Source of the DNA: Chromera velia
Taxonomy: Eukaryota
DNA: 51,279 nucleotides
Assembly (NCBI GenBank): GCA_018398765.1
Contig: JAHBMJ010000287.1
Location: forward strand, 1 to 51,279
Direction of reading: 5' to 3'
This document shows, piece after piece, positions 47,101-51,279 of this stretch. The position numbers and the translations under genes are program-made. Numbering within the stretch: the first letter of the stretch is position 1; every line of letters starts with the position of its first letter. The notes beneath the pieces are model-generated. The model was given only the letters and a program-made list of their open reading frames with translations, did not search any database and had not been told where the DNA came from.

Positions 47101-50100
47101 ACTGAATGAGTGAGTGGCACCGCTCGAAAGAGAGAGGCTGTCATATTTTCACTTTTTTTCTTCTCGATCCCCGTCCACTCTTTTTGTCTGTCACCTGGCT
47201 TTTCCCTCCTCTCTGTCTGATGACTCTTTTCCTGCCTCTCTCGGACTTCCGGCATGATGGGGGACGAGAGAGAGGCCCTACAGCGAAGACAGAGTAAGTC
47301 AGAAAAGAAAATCTGAAGGATTCCGTCTCTGTCTCTGCCCGACTCGAATTGAACGACCTGATCAGAAACCGACCCACGCTATTTTATTCGATCCTATCGA
47401 TGCTTTGCCCGTCTGTCTTCTTGCCTCCTTTTCCTTGCTCCTTTCCGTTTCTACCTTCGCTTCTGATGCAGCTCTGCTTCTTGAGAGGCAAACTTTCACC
47501 AGGAACCCTCTTTCTTTCCTCGTCTTCCCGTTCCTTGCACGCACCACCCGCGTCTCTCTCAATGCAACAACGGCACTCTTGAGCTCTTCCTTTTCCTGTC
47601 GGAACTTTTTCTTCTTTTGAACGAATGAAAAGAACGAACAGCGATCCGGTTTGTTGTTCCCTCTGTATGTAGTGACTGGGGGCAACGGGAGGCCGTCGCA
47701 GTCTGTACGGGTGTTGTTCATCGATACAAGGAGAAGGGTCCGTTTGTGGTGGTCGGTCAGTCGGTCAGAAGAGATGAGAGAAGAAGCGAGGGCAAAAGCA
47801 GGTAGTTCAGCAGGTGTTTGTACTGTCGTCCTCCACAGTCCAGATGGTTTGAAGAAATCTGACCTGGAGGACTAGAGGGGAATGGAAAAGAAAGGCTGCT
47901 TTCTTCTGTTCCCTTCTCTGAGAGAAAGAAACCCTCCCATTTCAAAGGGAGAATCAGATCGTGCAAAGAAAAGGCATGAAGGAAGTATCTGCGGACGTTG
48001 GATGGAAAGCCGTGAGGTCTTTCCTTTCATCTCTCCTTGTTTGTCTGTTGCCTCGCCTGTCTCATGGTGCTGGTTACCTTGTGACCGCATTCACTGAATA
48101 GAACGACTAAGTGCGTCTTCTTCCTTCTTTCTTTCTTTCCTTCTTTGCCTCTCCTCCATCCCTTTTCTTCTTTCTTGCTCGTATGTTCGTCGTCCAGAGA
48201 GAGCATCCGTCTCTTGACTGATTGATGATGTTGATATTGATTGATTAGGGGGGGTCAGGGGAAACTGGGGCGGGGGGAAAGGGGGTTGGGCAGTGTATGG
48301 AGTCGTTAGGCGACATCGTTGTGTGTGGCTTGTGGTGGGACAGAGGCAGAAATGGGCCTTTACCCATTCTTGTCTGCCTTGTTGCACTGCTTTGCTACAC
48401 TCATGCTTCAGTAGATTTCTTCCACCAACCAACCCTCTTTTCCCCCCCTCCGTACCGCCGCTCCAAGGGTCTTTCGCATTTTTGCTTCCTGTTTTGCTTT
48501 CCGTGTGGTCTCTTTTTTTCTCTGGCGGACCTGCAGCGAGCAGAGGATGCCAGAGAGCAGAGAGACCAAAAGGGAAGACGAACATCGGATCCCGTGTTCC
48601 GTCACGATTCACCCGCCCTCCCTCCTTTCCGCTTTTCGTCGCTTTATCCTTGACTGAAGAGTCCTCTAGTTGTTCCTGCATGCTGTTCCTCTCTTTTCTC
48701 TCCAGACGGCATGAAGGAAGGAAGACCCATCAGGAGACCCGATGTGTCTGTCTGCGCGGTCTCCTTCCTGTCGTGCTTGTCTGAAACTTTCTGGGGTTGG
48801 GAAGAGGAAGTACGTCTGTCCTCTTCCTGGCTGGGGTGTCTGTCAGCAGGGTGGTAGGTAAGGGGAAAAGGGGGATGGGGCCTGGATGTGTCTGCGTGCG
48901 TGTAAAGGCTTGAATGAACGTGGATGCCGATCTTGTCTTTTAATAATCGTTTGAATCAATCAATATCGCTTTGAAGGAAGTCACGTTTTCCTTACCGGTA
49001 TCTTGCTGTTGAAATGATCTGTGCAATTGTCAGCGTGTTTTTCTTTTTCTTCGATGGCCTGCATGTCTCATCCTTTTTGATTTTGTTTTGTTTCGAGTGC
49101 GCCTGATGCACATCGGATTCTGTCCTTTTAGGATCTGGAGCGGCCGGAACGGTTGGTAGATGAGCCGCGCGTGGTGTTTCTGCTGTTGCCTCCCAACATG
49201 TAGAAAGAAAGAGAGCGAGAGGGGGAGTGAGAGAGAATGTACCCTCCGCGTACGGCCTCTCAAAGTCTCTCTCCCCCTGAATCTCTTGGTTGATTGATCG
49301 ATCTGTGGATCTATCGATCGATCAGCCCCTCACGCAAAAAAGGGAAGAACAGCACGACGCGGCAGTTCGTTCAAGTAAAGGCATGAAGAAGCATTCAGAC
49401 AGAAATCTTTACAGCTGAGAAGATTTGTTGGACGTGTTCTTTCTTGTGCATTTATTTTTTTTCTGTATGGCGGGGTGGCTTGGTTGCCTTGCTGTTGGCA
49501 TCTTTCACTGAGTTGCCCTCCTTTCTCTTTTAGTACGGTTACTGTCAAGACATGAAACCTCACTATACTGGAGTCGAGAGTAAACGAACGAGCAAGCAAG
49601 CAAGAGACAGCGTAAAAAGACGCAAGAAGCACTCTTCTTTTTTTGTCATCCCTACGTCTTTCACTTCCCCAAGTGTCTCGCAGACTTCTTTCTTGTCTCG
49701 AGGGAGAATTAACGTCCAAAAAAAGCTTTGGACTCGGAGACACAGACGAAGGCTACAGGGTCGGAATCACATCGGCAGAAACGAAAAAACACATTTCCCT
49801 CTGAAAAAGCGAATTTCTGACGAAAGAAAGCTCGGGGGGCGAAAATACCGATGAAAACCGACCGACAAACCTTTCGACAAAACCGATCGAAGCAAGCCTG
49901 CCGTTTGAATAAACTGATGCCTCGTGTGGGCACAGTGAAAGATCGAAAGACAGGGGTCGACGGAGGGACAAGAGCTCCTAGAACATTTGAAAGGAGCACT
50001 TCCTTTTTGACTGGCAAGAGAAAGGCATGAGAGTTGCGACTCTATGCATGCAGGCGGAACGCGCTTCCAGCCAGAAAAGGGGGGTTCGGGGGCTCCAAGT

Positions 50101-50399
50101 CCGTCCGAGCAGGAATGTATCAATATGCACTTGTTTTGTTCAAACGCGCAAATCCAGAACAGAATCACAAGCGCTGCCTTTGTATGATGCCTTTTGAATC
50201 CTGCTTTAATGGCTCTTTCTTTTCAAATTTTCGTAACATTTCGTTTACAAGCTTGACTTGGTGCGCTGCGTTTTCAAATAGTCGCTTCGAGACTCGCTTA
50301 ATTGGTATCAGTACAGTGACAGTTCTCAGTGCACAAACAACAAACAAATCGAAATTCAAAGCGATCGAGCCGGTAAATTTTATTCATAAATAGATTATT

Positions 50400-51279
50400 G
50401 AATCATTATTTTATACACCTATACAGATACAGATACAGACAAATTTAGCTCAATCTGAAAGTTAATCGATCTTTCTTTTTTTCATATAAAATTAGTTTTC
50501 CCGTCGTAAATAGATCGAATCGATTTCCAGATCGATCTTTCTTTTTTATATATAATTAGTCTTGCGTTTAGTTTTACGTAGAAAGAGGCTACAACCTTGT
50601 ATATAAGTTATAGTATAGGGCCTACTATAGGCTTTTCCGGTGGGTGTCCTACCTATTCCTGCCTATACACGTATTGGAATCTAGATTAGAATTAAGAAAA
50701 ATTTCAAATTTCTAGAAAAAATTGTAAGATGCCTAGTAAGATGCAATTTATAGGATGTAAGGAAGATTATCAAAACCGTAATCGAAACTTAACTTCTTAA
50801 GAAATCTAGTTATAAAAAATTTGCGTGCATCTGCATGTATACATCGATCTCTAGATCGATCTACTCGTTACGTTGTGGCTTGTACGGCGATTTGATCACC
50901 CGCCAAACTTGCTAGAACTGGGACTGGGAAACTAACTTCGCAATACTAAGCCCGGCCGGCATTAATTAAGTGCACTAAGAGAATTAAGTGACAGACTGAC
51001 AATACAGAGAAAGAAATAATAGATTTGCAATACAGAAATAAATAGAAGCATGCCGTACAGTCTTTGTCCATCTGTATCGCTTGAATGGAGTCCTTGGAAG
51101 TGAACTCTGACTGACAGACTTAAGGAGGTAAGGTACGATAAGTCTCCAACTAGACTACGTTCTTAGTCTAGGAGGAAATCTGACGTGGTAGCAGCAGAGC
51201 CCCGGTCCTCCACCTCAGGGAGACCCCGCTCTGCCTCTTAACCGTTGTTTGAAGTGCGGGCAGGATGGGCTTATCTACT
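50400..51279. other. AT-rich decayed repeat island with a possible degenerate gag-like zinc knuckle at the window end
   Basis: TA- and CTAG-rich sequence. The + frame at ~51192-51278 reads QQSPGPPPQGDPALPLNRCLKCGQDGLIY, which resembles CxxCGxxGH but lacks the His. Confidence 0.3.

Overview
Eukaryotic, intron-rich genomic DNA with GT-AG introns full of microsatellites. An OHA/LOTUS gene and a bipartite plastid-type leader suggest a chromerid or apicomplexan-related alveolate such as Chromera (inference). I assembled six genes by hand, arranged as three head-to-head pairs: an F-box-like gene (-) with an 11-exon cytochrome P450 (+); a 14-exon COG0523/CobW metallochaperone GTPase fusion (-) with a plastid-targeted rubredoxin-like gene (+); and a 4-exon two-TM OCIA-like gene (-) with an OHA + OST-HTH/LOTUS gene (+). 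Between the pairs lie AT-rich islands, a dead hAT transposase, MITEs and decayed genes. The two strongest novelty candidates are (1) the ~865-aa CobW protein, which appears to carry an N-terminal ubiquitin-like domain and C-terminal F-box-like and MATH-like domains ending in CGCC, a possible metal-sensing SCF adaptor, and (2) a consistent RIP-like CpA->TpA mutation signature in repeats and pseudogenes. All domain calls are by eye; no searches were run.
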